Source: Pristiophorus japonicus
Taxonomy: Eukaryota
Reading direction: 5' to 3'
NCBI RefSeq assembly: GCF_044704955.1
Contig: NC_091982.1
Span: forward strand, 36,580,001-36,644,000
DNA length: 64,000 bases
The notes beneath the pieces are model-generated. The model did not search any database. It had not been told where the DNA came from and was given only the letters and a program-made list of their open reading frames with translations. Of the stretch, positions 10,384 through 22,408 are shown in pieces. The translations under genes were made by a program, and so were the position numbers. How positions within the stretch are numbered: the stretch's first letter is position 1; each line of letters starts with the position of its first letter.

Positions 10384-12171
10384 GGGCTGCAATTTCTCCA
10401 CATGTGGCGGGATCCATGCGGCCATGGTTACCGGCGGTGGAAAGCCCGCTCCCAACTCTCTCCCGCTCTCTCTCCCGAATATTCCCATGATGGTGCTTGT
10501 TAAACCCGCCCTGCAGGCTTCCCGGACAATTAAACAGAAGCCGATCTGATGAAGTCAATTGATGGCGCGTCTTCAGCCGGTTTTCTTAAAGGGACCATAC
10601 CACAATGCTTTTGACAGTTCTTCTGTCAGTGTCCTGCAGCATTGAGGAGTTGCAAACACTGACAATCACTACACAGAGGTGCACGGCTGCACCCAGGCTC
10701 TCCAATGGCTCCCTCCAGATGCTTATGGAGGGAGTCACAGCATGCAAGGAGGTTCTCTTCCCTTCCCATGGGCAGAAGAGACCTCCCCAGGACACCATGC
10801 AGCCTGGTTGCACATTGCACAGGAGGGCATAAGCCAGGATGTTGCCAGGAGGACCAGGCTGCAGTAGCGCAAACCTTTCGATGATCTCAGTCGATCACGA
10901 AACATTACTGCAAAACTACACTCAACCACATCCTCCTGTGCCACTCATCACATTCCCATCACTCTACCTTCCCTGCTCTACCCCTGCACATCCTTTCTCA
11001 CACCAACTTACCTTGCACCTTCACCCATCCCTCTCTCACTACATTATCAGTTCCCCATTTCACAGCCACCCCTCACAGGCTCCCTCATCCTATTTCAATC
11101 ATACCAACTAACAACACACAAGGGTAGGCACTCGGGTCTTTTAGCCAATTTTCATGTATAGTTAATGTTGATATATTGTCAAACATTGAAATCTTTATTT
11201 TCAGGACTTTGCATTCTTGGACAGATTTGTGAGCACCTTTGGAAGTGGCTTAGTGAGTTGTAATGAATGATAAGACATAAGGGTACCCTCCGCAATGGTG
11301 ATGAGTGTGAAAGGAATGGGTTGGACATTGTAGGGATGCTTTATGGAACTGATGTGGGGTGGTGCCAACCTGGCGCATCATGTGGTAGTCAGGGTGAACA
11401 TCATCAAGTGAAGTAAATGTGGCCATGGTGGGGCCATCACTGGCCTCCCGGGCAGCAATGCGGTCGGGTGCTGATGCCCTGTGTCCTATGCAGCATCAGG
11501 TGATTGCGGAGAAGATTGGTGTTGTTGGTAGTGATGCTGGTGTGTTTAGTGATGTTGGTGTTGGGGGTGATTGTGGTGGGATTCTGAGAACTAAGGTAAG
11601 ATTTTTTCAAGGGCACCGATGCTGCTGGAATAGATGGCAGGTGAGGTTGAGATGACAGAGGCAATCTGTCAATGGTGAGAGAGGTTGCTCCAAGGAGATG
11701 ACAGTGAATGGAGAGTTCACTGCAAACACTTCCAAAGTGCATACTGCTCAAAAGTCTCTTCCAAGTCCTGAAGGCTTCAGCTTATGACATTGGAAAGTGA
11801 ACAGCTATGAAATGGTAACTTTTATATCACTTCTGCAGTTGTCAACTAGCCAAAGCAATAGAGAGTCACTGAGCACCTGACTCGACTTACCTGACGTGTT
11901 CCCTGAGGAATGCCAAAACCATCAAAAGGTTGGTAAAATTGTAAGTACCTGCTTTTAAGCCTCTTAACTAGAATTTAAGTATTTTTTAATGATGTTAATT
12001 ACCTGTCCTGCCACTTGCTGTCGGGTCTGCTGTCCAAATGCAGATCTGACAGCTGAGAAACTCACACGAGGCATGTTCAGAGCGGGATCCCAACCCGCTG
12101 TCAATCAGGGCCATTTTGACAGCGGGCCCGCCTCCAAACCCACACGCGCAGGGCGGGGAAGATTCCGGCCA
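10384..12171 (+). mobile_element. Internally deleted Harbinger-type DNA transposon with Myb/SANT-like pseudo-ORF
   Basis: Imperfect TIRs gggctgcaatttctcc / ggggaagattccggcc. 10680-10895 reads, across a frameshift, AAPRLSNGSLQMLMEGV..KEVLFP...AAWLHIAQE..RRTRLQ*RK.FDDL. Confidence 0.7.
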
Positions 12172-12498
12172 CGGTATTAGTCTTAAAGAGAAAGAAATCC
12201 ATGAGCTCTTTACATTTGGTATTGGTGGCAAGTGTTGAATCGGCAGGCGAAAGAGGTTGAGGAGACAGCTATGGAGACGGAGAGCTTAAGTTTTCCCTTA
12301 TGCTTGAGGATGATTTTGGAATAGTAGGCAGTTTTGTCAGAAGAAAGTGAGGCATGGTAAACATTGATAACTGTTGTGCCAGACCTAGTGATTTATGACA
12401 AGGCTAGTTTTGTGCCAGAAATATTCAACTTTGAGTCCTTCTGGTTTTTGGGAGCAAAGATGGAGGAATTGTTAGTTGGAGAGATAGGAACAGGATAC

Positions 12499-12711
12499 TG
12501 TTATGTTCAGAATAACTCCACAAGACTGTATATCTTAAGCTCAAACTGTTGTGACCTTGGTCGCTTTATTGTAACTCCAGAGTGAGGAAGCAGCATGGTA
12601 GACTGCCTTTTATACCTGCTTGCCTGGGGTGTGCAGGCGACCCTTGGGTCTCCCACAGGTGCGCCCCCTGGTGGCAAGTATTACACATTGGTAATGTTTA
12701 CATACATAACA
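12499..12711 (-). mobile_element. Solo LTR (Gypsy/Mag-like) with 5-bp TSD GATAC
   Basis: TGTTATG...CATAACA termini; GATAC at 12494-12498 and 12712-12716; minus-strand TATAAAA and AATAAA; resembles LTRs at 32555 and 46401. Confidence 0.9.
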
Positions 12712-12764
12712 GATACAGTGATAGTTTTGCAGGGAACAAGGACATCATAAATTACAGTAAGGGA

Positions 12765-13518
12765 AACTCCCTAGCCACTGACTCCATCCCTCTCCTTAAC
12801 TTCTGTCTGAGGCTGAACCAGACTGTTCACAAAATTGGTGTCATATCTGATCCTGAAATTAGCTATCGACCACATATCTGTGCATAATTAAGTCCACCTA
12901 TTTCCGTAACATCACCTGGCTCCGCCCTTGCCTCAGCTCATCCGCTGCTGAAGCCCTCATCCATGCTTTTTTTACCTCTAGACTTGACTGGCCTCCCACA
13001 TTCTACCCTGCGTAGCTGATCTAAAACTCGGCTGCCCATGTCCTAACTCACACCAAATCCGGCTCAGCCATCATCCCTATGCTCGCTGACCTATATTGGC
13101 TTCCGGTTAATTTCAAAATTCTCATCCTTATTTTCAAATCCCTCCATGGCCTCGCCATTCCCTATTCCTCTAATCTCCTCCAGCCCCACAACCCCCACTT
13201 CCGCCCCCCCCTCCCCCCCCCGCCGAGATGTCTGCGCTCCTCGAATTCTGCCCTCTTGAGCATCACTGATTAAAATCGCTCAAACATCTGTTGGGGCCTT
13301 CTGTTGCCTAGGCACCAAGTTCTGGAACTCCCTGCCCAAACCTCTCCACCTCTCCACCTCTCTACCTCCCTTTCCTCTTTCAAAACACTCCTTAAAACCT
13401 ACCTCTGTGCTAATTTCTACTTTGCGGCTTGGTGTCAAATTTTTACCTCATAATACTCCTGTGAAGCGCTTGGGCCATTTCACGATGTTAAAGGCGCTAT
13501 ATAAATACAGTTGTTGTT
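12765..13518 (+). mobile_element. L2 LINE 3' end
   Basis: LADLYWLPV.FKILILIFKSLHGLA motif; tail aaaggcgctatataaatacagttgttgtt. Confidence 0.85.
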
Positions 13519-14279
13519 AATTTAATATGTTGACAGCAGCAGAGATATCATGGCAGGTGAGGGCCAAAGTAAAGGGAATAGGGAGTGAGAACATCAGAAA
13601 TAGGAGCAGGAGTAGGCTATTTGGCCCCTCAAGCCTGCTCCGCCATTTAATATCATGGCTGATCTGAAACAGAACACATACGGGAGCTAATGGGTGAACT
13701 GTTCAGGTGATGGGATTGGAAAAAGTTGGAGAACATGGGTGGTGAGAGAGGAGAGGAAATAGTCTAACATAACCTTATTCGTGATCAAAATATCACACGC
13801 AGAGAGGCCACGAGTAATCGCGAGATCGAAAGGGTGACCATGGGTATGAGTAGTAGAATTTATGTGGAGGGTGAGACTAAGTTAGAGGAGAGGGGGCTGG
13901 GAGGTGAAAGTTGAAGCCATTAAGAATAAGGAATCGCTGAGTGCAAAAGCCTTCACTCTTCTAACTTATCTTCACTTTTATTCTAACATTATCACCCCCA
14001 CATTACCATCAACATGGTGAAAGGACCTATGGAAGACAGCTTGTGATGTGCCAGACAACTTGATGTGCTAGTCTGATGCTGCATACTGCTCATATTCACC
14101 ACCAGTTGCTCAATTCAATTCCTCTTGTGAGGGGATTTTGGCAAAGAAATGTGGCAAAGACCATATCGGAGAAGTTAATGGAGAATCCCCCTGAGCCTCT
14201 TACAGCCTTTCTGTAAATGCATGCCACTCAGTGGCCGAGATGAGATCTGATGAAACGCACCTCAAATTATTCATGATTA

Positions 14280-15130
14280 AACAGCAACTTGCATTTGTAT
14301 AGCATCTTTACGGTGCTTCGGAGGCGTAATCAAAAAAATTGGACGTTAAGCTAAAGAAGGAGCTATTACGAGAGTGACAAATAGTTTGATCAAACAGGTG
14401 GATTTTAAGGAGGGTCTAAAACAAGAGGGAGGTATAGAGGGAAAGATGTTTAGGGAGGGAATTCCAGACTGTGGAGCCTAGATGGCCGAAGCACAGCCAC
14501 CAATGGTAGGGTGAGGAGGGATACACAATGGTCATAGTCAGTGACACACACTAACTCTGTAACCTTCTCCAGCCCTACAACCCACGCCTATTCCTCAGCC
14601 CATATGCTACTGAAACCCTTATCCATTGTCTATGTTACCTCCAGATTTGACTATTTCTGTGTTTTCCTGGCTGGCCTCCCAACCTCCGCCTCCATAAGCT
14701 TCCGCTCATTCAAATTTCTACTGTCCGTGTCCTATTCCACTTAACCATTCATCATCATATCATCATGTTACGCTGACCTCATTGACCTATGGTGTGGCCA
14801 TGAAACTATTTAAACATGAAGATGAGAATTTTAAGTTTGAGGCATTGGGGAAATAGGAGCCAATATAGGTCAATGAGGTCAGCGTAACATGATGATATGA
14901 TGATGAATGGTTAAGTGGAATAGGACACGGACAGTAGAAATTTGAATGAGCGGAAGCTTATGGAGGCGGAGGTTGGGAGGCCAGCCAGGAAAACACAGAA
15001 ATAGCCAAATCTGAAGGTAACATAGACACCATTGTGGTTTCAGTAGCATATGGGCTGAGGAATAGCTCAGTGCCGAGGCTGGGAGGAAAAGAGGAAGGAT
15101 ATCTTCGGGAGAAAGTCAGGGTGAGACTCG
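14280..15130 (-). mobile_element. L2 3' end containing an inverted duplication
   Basis: L2-type tail at ~14282 (caacttgcatttgtatagc); homologous to 12765-13518. Confidence 0.75.
14588..15065. repeat. Long inverted repeat: ~200-bp arms (14588-14790, 14865-15065) and 74-bp spacer
   Basis: Direct base pairing; two substitutions and one short divergent patch seen. Confidence 0.95.
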
Positions 15131-15406
15131 GGGAGGTACTAGACAAAAGAGTTTGCAGGGTCAGAGGACAGCCCCATCATGTGTATACACATAGCAGGTG
15201 CTTTTGCTACTATGGACACTTCTCAAGGGCCTGCTGCCTCGGTAGGGTGGAAAATCAGCCCGTTTCTGCTAGTGCAGGGGGGTGTCAGGTGACCCCACCT
15301 CAGAAAGATGATTTTACGGTCTCCTTGGCCTCCTTTCTAAGCAAGTCTATAAAAAAAGGAAATATTGTTTTTATCTGCCAAGCCTGACCCAGAGGTGGGC
15401 ATCACA

Positions 15407-15872
15407 ATTTTTTTATATTCATTCCTGGGATGTGGGCGTCGCTGGTAAGGTCAGCATTTATTACCCATTCTCAAATGTCCTTGAGAAGGTGGTGGTGAGT
15501 CACCTCCTTGAATCGCTGCAGTCCGTGTGGTGGAAGTGCTCCCACAGTGCTGTTAGGGAGGGAGTTCCAGGATTTTGATCCAGCGATGATGAAGGAACGG
15601 CGATATATTTCTAAGTCAGGATGGTATGTGGCTTGTAGGACAACTTGGAGGTGGTGGTGTTCCCATGCGCCTGCTGCCCTTGTCCTTCTAGATAGTAGAG
15701 ATCATGGGTTTGGGAGGTGCTGTCAAATGAGCCTTAGTGAATTGCAGCAGTGCATCTTGTAGATGGTACACACTGCAGCCATGGTATGCCGATGGTAGAG
15801 GGAGTGAATGTTGAAGGGGGTGGATGGGATACTAATCAAACGGGCTACTTTGTCCTGGATGGCATCGAGCTT
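15407..15872 (-). mobile_element. 3' end of a further CR1/L2-group LINE family
   Basis: Same sequence at 27840-28265; tail gggtaataaatgctg...gacgcccacatccca...poly(A) on the minus strand. Confidence 0.8.
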
Positions 15873-15873
15873 C

Positions 15874-16190
15874 AGGGGTACGGTAACAGAGTTGTTATGT
15901 TACTGGACTAGTAATCCAGAGGCCTGGACTAATTATCTGGAGACATGAGTTTAAATCCCACTACAACAGCTGGGGAATTTAAGTTCAGTTAATTAAATAA
16001 ATCTGGAATAAAAACCTGTATCAATAATGGTGACCATGAAACTACTGGCTTGTTGGAAAAACCCATCTGGTTCACTAATGTCCTTCCTTGGTCTGGCTTA
16101 TATGTGACTTCAGACCCACAGCAATGGTGGTCGACTCTTAACTGCCCACTAAAATGGCCTAGCAAGCCACTCAGTTGTACCAAACCACTA
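15874..16190 (+). mobile_element. tRNA-derived SINE (second family), 3' part missing
   Basis: Collinear with 22005-22408 and 41035-41440. Confidence 0.8.
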
Positions 16191-17461
16191 CGAAAAACAA
16201 TTATCACTGAAGAGGTAGGAATGTCTCTTTTTTCCGAAGATCCACCAGGTCTCTGAGAGATCCAGTAATCATAAACTCCCAGCATAGGAGATCTCTGCTC
16301 CCGACCCTGCCCCCTCCACATCAATGGCCTTGTTTGGGGTGGGTGGAGGGTCTGACCACAAACAGATTTAATAGGGGAGTTTCCAATGGCGTTGTTTCAG
16401 GTCAGATCCTCCCCCCACCTCAAACAAGGCCATTGGAAACTTCCCTATTAAACCTGCACCCGGTGTATCTGGGTCGTGGTGTAGTTTGCAGTCTTTCTGC
16501 TAAACTCCCCCTGGACTTACGGGAGGAATGCATTGGAAGGGCTGAGGATTTTCTGCCCCTATTTCTTTTTCAATGAATAAAATGCAATGCCCATGTTCAT
16601 TGTAGATTCCAAAATACTCGAAAAATGCACCAAATAAAGGGTCAAGATCAATATTTTCTGGCAGGTGATACCCTCAACACCTACTGCACCCCAGAAAATA
16701 AATCTTGTGCTTTCAATGTTTTTCACACCTTTGAATATTTAAGTTTTTTCACTCCAGTACAAGTGAAAGAACATTGGGAATATCTATAACTTATATCATA
16801 AAGTCATCAATACATTAGAATATCTGATAACTTAAACATAACATGCTTCATTGTACATAGAACGAAAGGAAATGAATTCATGTGAAATGGCAAATATTTT
16901 GCATAGTCACACTCAAACATTATTTGTGAGTAAAATTAGCAGCATCAAAAAGGGACAGGATGTACAGTGGCTGAGATATATCAGTTAACGTTTCTTTTTC
17001 AATACCTAAGTGTAGGTCCACAATTAGTGCAGCACAGCTCTGAATTTACTTCTCCTTCAAATCTGCTGACTTTTTCTCCTTTCCTGATGGTGCTGACTTA
17101 CACTGTGATAAGTTTCGCTAAAATCTAAATAAACAACATCTCTCACGCTCCCCCAAAATTGAATTATTTTTTTTTAACGGGTCTCTCCCATTTGTTGCAA
17201 TAAACTGAAATTTAAAAAAAATACATCCTTGTGTATTAAAACGTATATTCTGCTCCCTGATTTTATTTGTAGGTAACAGATAAATTCCTGGAAGCAATCT
17301 CTTGCCTTTGCAGAGTAGTAAGAAATGGGAAAGAAACAACTCCGAATCCCAACTGAATCAACATCCCACAGCTTGACATGCTGTTCACATACACCATTCA
17401 GTCTGTTGAGGGTCTCACGTGAAGGGGAGGCAAAGAGTAAATGAACTGCATTATGAGTATC

Positions 17462-17712
17462 CCTATTATGCCTTCTGTTGCCTAGGCCCGAAGCTCTGGA
17501 ATTCCCTGCCTAAATCTCTCCACCTCGCTACCTCTCTTTCCTCCTTCAAGACGCTCCTTAAAACCTACCTCTTTGACCAAGCTTTTAGACACCTGCCCTA
17601 ATTTCTCCTTATGTGGCTTGGTGTCAAATTTTTTATCTCATAATATTCCTGAGAAGCACCTTGGGACATTTCACCACGTTAAAGGCACAATATAAATACA
17701 AGTTGTTGTTAT
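17462..17712 (+). mobile_element. L2 3' end
   Basis: AF.CLGPKLWNSLP...FKTLLKTYLF and tail ataaatacaagttgttgtt. Confidence 0.85.
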
Positions 17713-17996
17713 TATGAAGAATAATATGGCTAAAAGAGTGCTTCAAAGATTCAGGGCTCAACACTGTGGTTTATAATGCCATCTAAAACCCTTGATGTAT
17801 TAGTGCTTTATAATACAATCCAACTTATGTGTATTTCCTGTATGCAAAATGGATGCATAATTATACAATTTGTACAACCGTGTCATACCTTGGTAAAACA
17901 TGTATTATTATTTATACCACCAAATGTATCATTTACCTGTTAGTACACATCCTGAGTAATCTTTACTGATCTACTGTCCTTACTTCTACAAGCATA

Positions 17997-18368
17997 ATAT
18001 AAAATTCTGACGGAACTGGATAGGTTAGCTGCGGGAAGAATGTTCCCGATGTTGGGGAAGTCCAGAACCAGGGGACACAGTCTCAGGATAAGGGGTAAGC
18101 CATTTAAGACTGAGATGAGGAGAAACTTCTTCACTCAGAGAGTTGTTAACCTGTGGAATTCCCTACCGCAGAGAGTTGTTGATGCCAGTTCATTGGATAT
18201 ATTCAAGAGGGAGTTAGATATGGCCCTTATGGCTAAAGGGATCAAGGGGTATGGAGAGAAAGCAGGAAAGGGGTACTGAGGTGAATGATCAGCCATGATC
18301 TTATTTAATGGCGGTGCAGGCTCGAAGGGCCGAATGGCCTAGTCCTGCACCTAGTTTCTATGTTTCTA
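17997..18368 (+). mobile_element. CR1 3' end
   Basis: ORF 18040-18279 is the RT C-terminus; TTTCTATG tail. Confidence 0.93.
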
Positions 18369-18840
18369 TAATGGAACTCTCATCAACAAAACACTGAACC
18401 CAGAATCACTTGTGTCGGTCAAAAATTAAGCAGTAGGTTATTGCAAGAGATTAGAAATGGATAGAAATTTCACTACAGCAGGATGCTATTCAACCCATTG
18501 TGCCTGTGCTGGTGCTTGTTCAATGACAGGCTCTAATCCCTGTGCTGTAAACAGAGCTACGCCAAGCTTCAAACCATTACAACCTCTGCAGTATATATTT
18601 TTATATGAAATCTTAGCTAGGCCAATGTATTGTGAATTTAAAATGAAGCTCTGCTAGTTGTTTCCTAAAAGGATGTATTGGTTTTTGAGAGAGGGGGGAA
18701 GTGAGACAATACGCAAATAGATTTAGTTTTGAGGGGATGCAGCCAGGGTGGTTCCCCACAATGCTGTTTATTTCCTATATTTACCAAAGAATTGGATCTG
18801 AATTTTACTCTTGGTTTTAAGATGCAAAGCATGTTCTATA

Positions 18841-19454
18841 GGCTAAACTTTCGTATCATTTTCGGTGGGTTCTCGGCGACTTTCTCGGCGGTATAGCTCT
18901 TTTTCCGCCCGGCGAATGTTTCCCCATTATTTTTTTAATGGTATCGCCCAAATCTGAAAGTGCCCACCGGGACCAAACTGCCGATTTGCAATGCCGAGAA
19001 AATCACCAGGGCGTAAGTTTGGCCTCAACGGAAGCCTGTCCAGATCGCCGACGGAACCGTCCTGTAAAAGCTGCTTAAACAGGGCGGTAAGTGAGTACTC
19101 TGCAAAGAAAGGTAAGTTAAAGGTTCTTTATTTTTTTTTACATTTTAAAACGGCGATTAGATGGAAAAGTGTCTTGGGAATGTTTTTTATGTTTTTAGTT
19201 TTTTTTGTGAAATTTTTTTTCAGTTTTCTCCCCTCCCTCGGCCCAACTGCAGCCTCAGACTAAATTAAAAAAAAACACCCGTTTTATTTAGTTTCCCCTT
19301 AACCGCCGAGAATAAAGGTGCAAGACCCATTTTCTCGCTGGACAATTAGTTTTAACATAAAAATGTAAATTTTCACCAGCGTTGCTTTCCAAACATTAGC
19401 GGTTTTTCTGAGCGGGCAATTGGATGTTGAGGGGCTCTCAGGAAAGTCTAGCCC
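18841..19454. mobile_element. Non-autonomous TIR element (Harbinger-like MITE)
   Basis: TIRs ggctaaactttc / gaaagtctagccc; ATA flanks both ends; CpG-rich and non-coding. Confidence 0.7.
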
Positions 19455-19521
19455 ATACTCTCATTTTTGGTAACAAGCTATGGCCTAGAAATTGGGCTAC
19501 TTACTGCCACCCGTTTGCGCT

Positions 19522-20404
19522 ACAGGCTGCAGGGGGACTTGGACAGGTTAGTTTGAATGGGCAAATGCATGGCAGATGTAGTATAATGTGGATAAATATG
19601 AGGTTATCCACTTTGGTGGCAAAAACAGGAAGGCAGATTATTATCTGAATGGTGACAGATTAGTAAAAGGGGAGGTGCAACAAGACCTGGGTGTCATGGT
19701 ACATCAGTCATTGAAGGTAGGCATGCAGGTACAGCAGGCAGTAAAGAAAGCAAATGGCATACTAGCCTTCATAGCGAGGGGATTTGAGTATAGGAGCAGG
19801 GAGGTCTTGCTGCAGTTGTACAGGGCCTTGGTGAGACCACACCTTGAGTATTGTGTGCAATTTTGGTCTCCTAATCTGAGGAAAGACGTGCTTATTATTG
19901 AGGGAGTGTAGTTAAGGTTCACCAGACTGATTCCCAGGATGGCAGGACTGACAGATGAAGAAAGACTGGATCGGCTAGGCTTATACTCACTGGGATTTAG
20001 AAGAATGAGAGGGGATCTCATAGAAACGTATAAAATTCTGACGGGACTGGACAGGTTAGATGCAGGAAGAATGTTCCTGGTGTTGGGAAAGTCCAGAACC
20101 AGGGGACACAGTCTAAGGATAAGGGGTAAGCCATATAAGACCGAGATCAGGAGAAACTTTATCACCCAGAGAGTTGTGAACCTGTGGAATTCTCTGCCAC
20201 AGAAAGTTGTGGAGTCCAGTTCGTTGGACATATTCAAAAGGGAGTTAGATGTTGCCCTTACGGCTAAAGGGATCAAGGGGTATGGAGAGAAGGCAGGGGT
20301 GGGGTACTGAGGTTGCATGATCAGCCATGATCATGTTGAATGGCGGTGCAGGCTTGAAGGGCCGAATGGCCTGCTCCTGCATCTATTTTCTATGTTTCTA
20401 TGTT
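19522..20404 (+). mobile_element. 5'-truncated CR1, nested in the Harbinger-type element
   Basis: ORFs 19588-19911 and 19939-20310; TTTCTATG tail. Confidence 0.95.
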
Positions 20405-20782
20405 TATCTTGGTGATAAATGGCAGCGGTCCCCCCAGTGCCCTTCTCTGGTGTAGGACTCGGCGAAGGCATTTTAGTGAGGGCCTGCTCACCCTGGACAT
20501 GTAAATGAAGAGAGCGTGATGTCAATCGGCATGCCTTTGACCATAGTGTTGAGTTCGACGCTAAGACCTAAGCTCACTCTGAAAAGCGAGTGTTCAGCAG
20601 ACTGATGGAAACGCTGTCAGCACTTCTTAAAGGAACACACAGATCTTTCAGGTAAATTTAAATTTAAGCTTTTGGACTGGATGTTTAAAATGTTTTTAAA
20701 TAGTGGTTAAACGTTTTGTAAGTGTGCAGGGAGTGCTGCTGGATTACAGCAAGGCCTCAGATGATAAAGGAAGGCCTCTGAG

Positions 20783-20925
20783 AAGGCAGAAAATGCTGCA
20801 AATACTCAACAGGCCAGGCAGCATCCACAGAGAGAGAGAAACAGTTCACGTCTCAGGTCAAGATGCTGCCTGACCTGCTGAGTATTTCCAGCATTTTATG
20901 CTTTTATTTCAGATTTACAGCATCC
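20783..20925. mobile_element. Penelope-derived inverted (hairpin) terminal repeat
   Basis: aaaatgctgcaaatactcaacaggccaggcagcatc pairs with gatgctgcctgacctgctgagtatttccagcatttt; matches 61838-61900. Confidence 0.75.
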
Positions 20926-22004
20926 GCTTGCAGAGAGAAGAGGAAGATGCAGAAGAGGAGGAAGCCGAAGAGAATGAAGCAGAAGGATGCATCACCCTTT
21001 CTGGCCAGGATATCTGGGATGAAATCACCTACCTGTGGTACCAGGGACCATGACCACAATTCCCCTTTCAACATTAGTCCTACCTTACCTTCCCTCTGTT
21101 ACTGACCATCACAGCGTCCTCTTGGTCACTGTGCTGAAATAAAGGCCATCATAAAGCAAACTTTCCAATCCAACTTTATACATCTATCCATCCAATATGA
21201 CATCAAGAAATCAATTAATCATCCTAATGCATTCCCTTAGTTTCTTCCTTGTGTGTGCCTTTGCCTAACCTACTGATGTCACGCAATGCTACCCCAGTGC
21301 CTGCAACATGACTGGTGGAAGGCTGCTGACTTTCAGTGGGTCGGGGGGACACGGCAAATGGCCTTGCTAGTCGACCTTGAGGAGCTGGTGGCTGGGTGTG
21401 TCAATTCGAGTGACGGTGCTTTTTCGTAGCCTTCTTCCTCTTCTTCCACTTCCTCTTCCTCTATCTCTTCTCCACTTCCTGGGCAGGCTGCATTTCTTGG
21501 GTGTGTGAAATGAGGAAGGCACAAGGGTGGAGTTGTGGAGAGGGGATGGTGGGGGGGTGGGGGGGGGGGGTGAGAGGGGGGAAAGCAAGAGGTGCATGTG
21601 AAAAGGAGGATAACATATGAAGATACCAGTGCTGTGCGTTGATGCACTGAGCAGAGTGTGAAGCTAGTGGTGCAGTTGGTAGGAGACGGCTGTTGAAAAT
21701 GCATTCACTGACCTTAACAACTGGCCTGAGGTCATGAAGCTAATTTCGGCACAGGCGCCGAGTTGTAGGGGCAACATTGCTGACAGTAACGGCCTTGGTG
21801 ATCTGGTCCCACATCCTTCTTTCTGAAGGGCCTCCTGCCCCCTGTGGGTGGAGCATTCTCACTGTATTGACCCCCCTGTACAAAGATAGAATGCTGCGTG
21901 CGAGACCCGAGGTGCCCCTTCCCTGGCTTGCTGAGCTATTTGTGTTAGTACTGAAACACGTTTCCCATTATTTTAGGTGTGGAAGGGAATTCAGCTTTAA
22001 GACC

Positions 22005-22408
22005 CCACGGGGAATGGTGGCTTAGTGGCTATGTTACTGGCTATTAATCCAGAGGCCTGGACTAATGATTTAGAGACATGAGCACGGCAGCTGGGGAATT
22101 TTAATTCAATTAATTAAATAAAACTGGAACAAAAAGTTAGTACCAGTAAAGGTGACCCTGAAACTGGATTGATGTAAAAACCCATTGGTTCAATAATGTC
22201 GTTTAGGGAAGGAAATTTGCTGTCCTTACCTGGTCTGGCCTATTTGTGACTCCAGACCCACAGCAAAATGTGGTTGACTCATAACTGCCCTCTGCCACAA
22301 AGGTGGCTTCAAGGTATATTCAAGAAGGTGGCTCGCCACCAACTTCTCATGGGCAATAAATGCTGGCCTTGCCTGCAATGCCCACATCCTATGAATGAAA
22401 TAAAAAAG
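22005..22408 (+). mobile_element. tRNA-derived SINE with LINE-derived tail
   Basis: Head ggtggcttagtgg; tail gggcaataaatgctggccttgcc...cccacatcctatgaatgaaataaaaaa. Confidence 0.82.

Larger units (their letters stand above)
12200..14010 (-). mobile_element. Old L2 ORF2 fragment interrupted by later insertions
   Basis: Minus strand ~13800-13890 encodes THTHGHPFDLAITRG (APE end); ~12300-12430 encodes KTAYYSKII-like linker. Confidence 0.6.

Noticed and set aside
17225-17360. Acceptor-like site followed by a 27-codon open frame (VTDKFLEAISCLC...)
   Set aside because: Too short, no recognisable homology and no upstream exons found.
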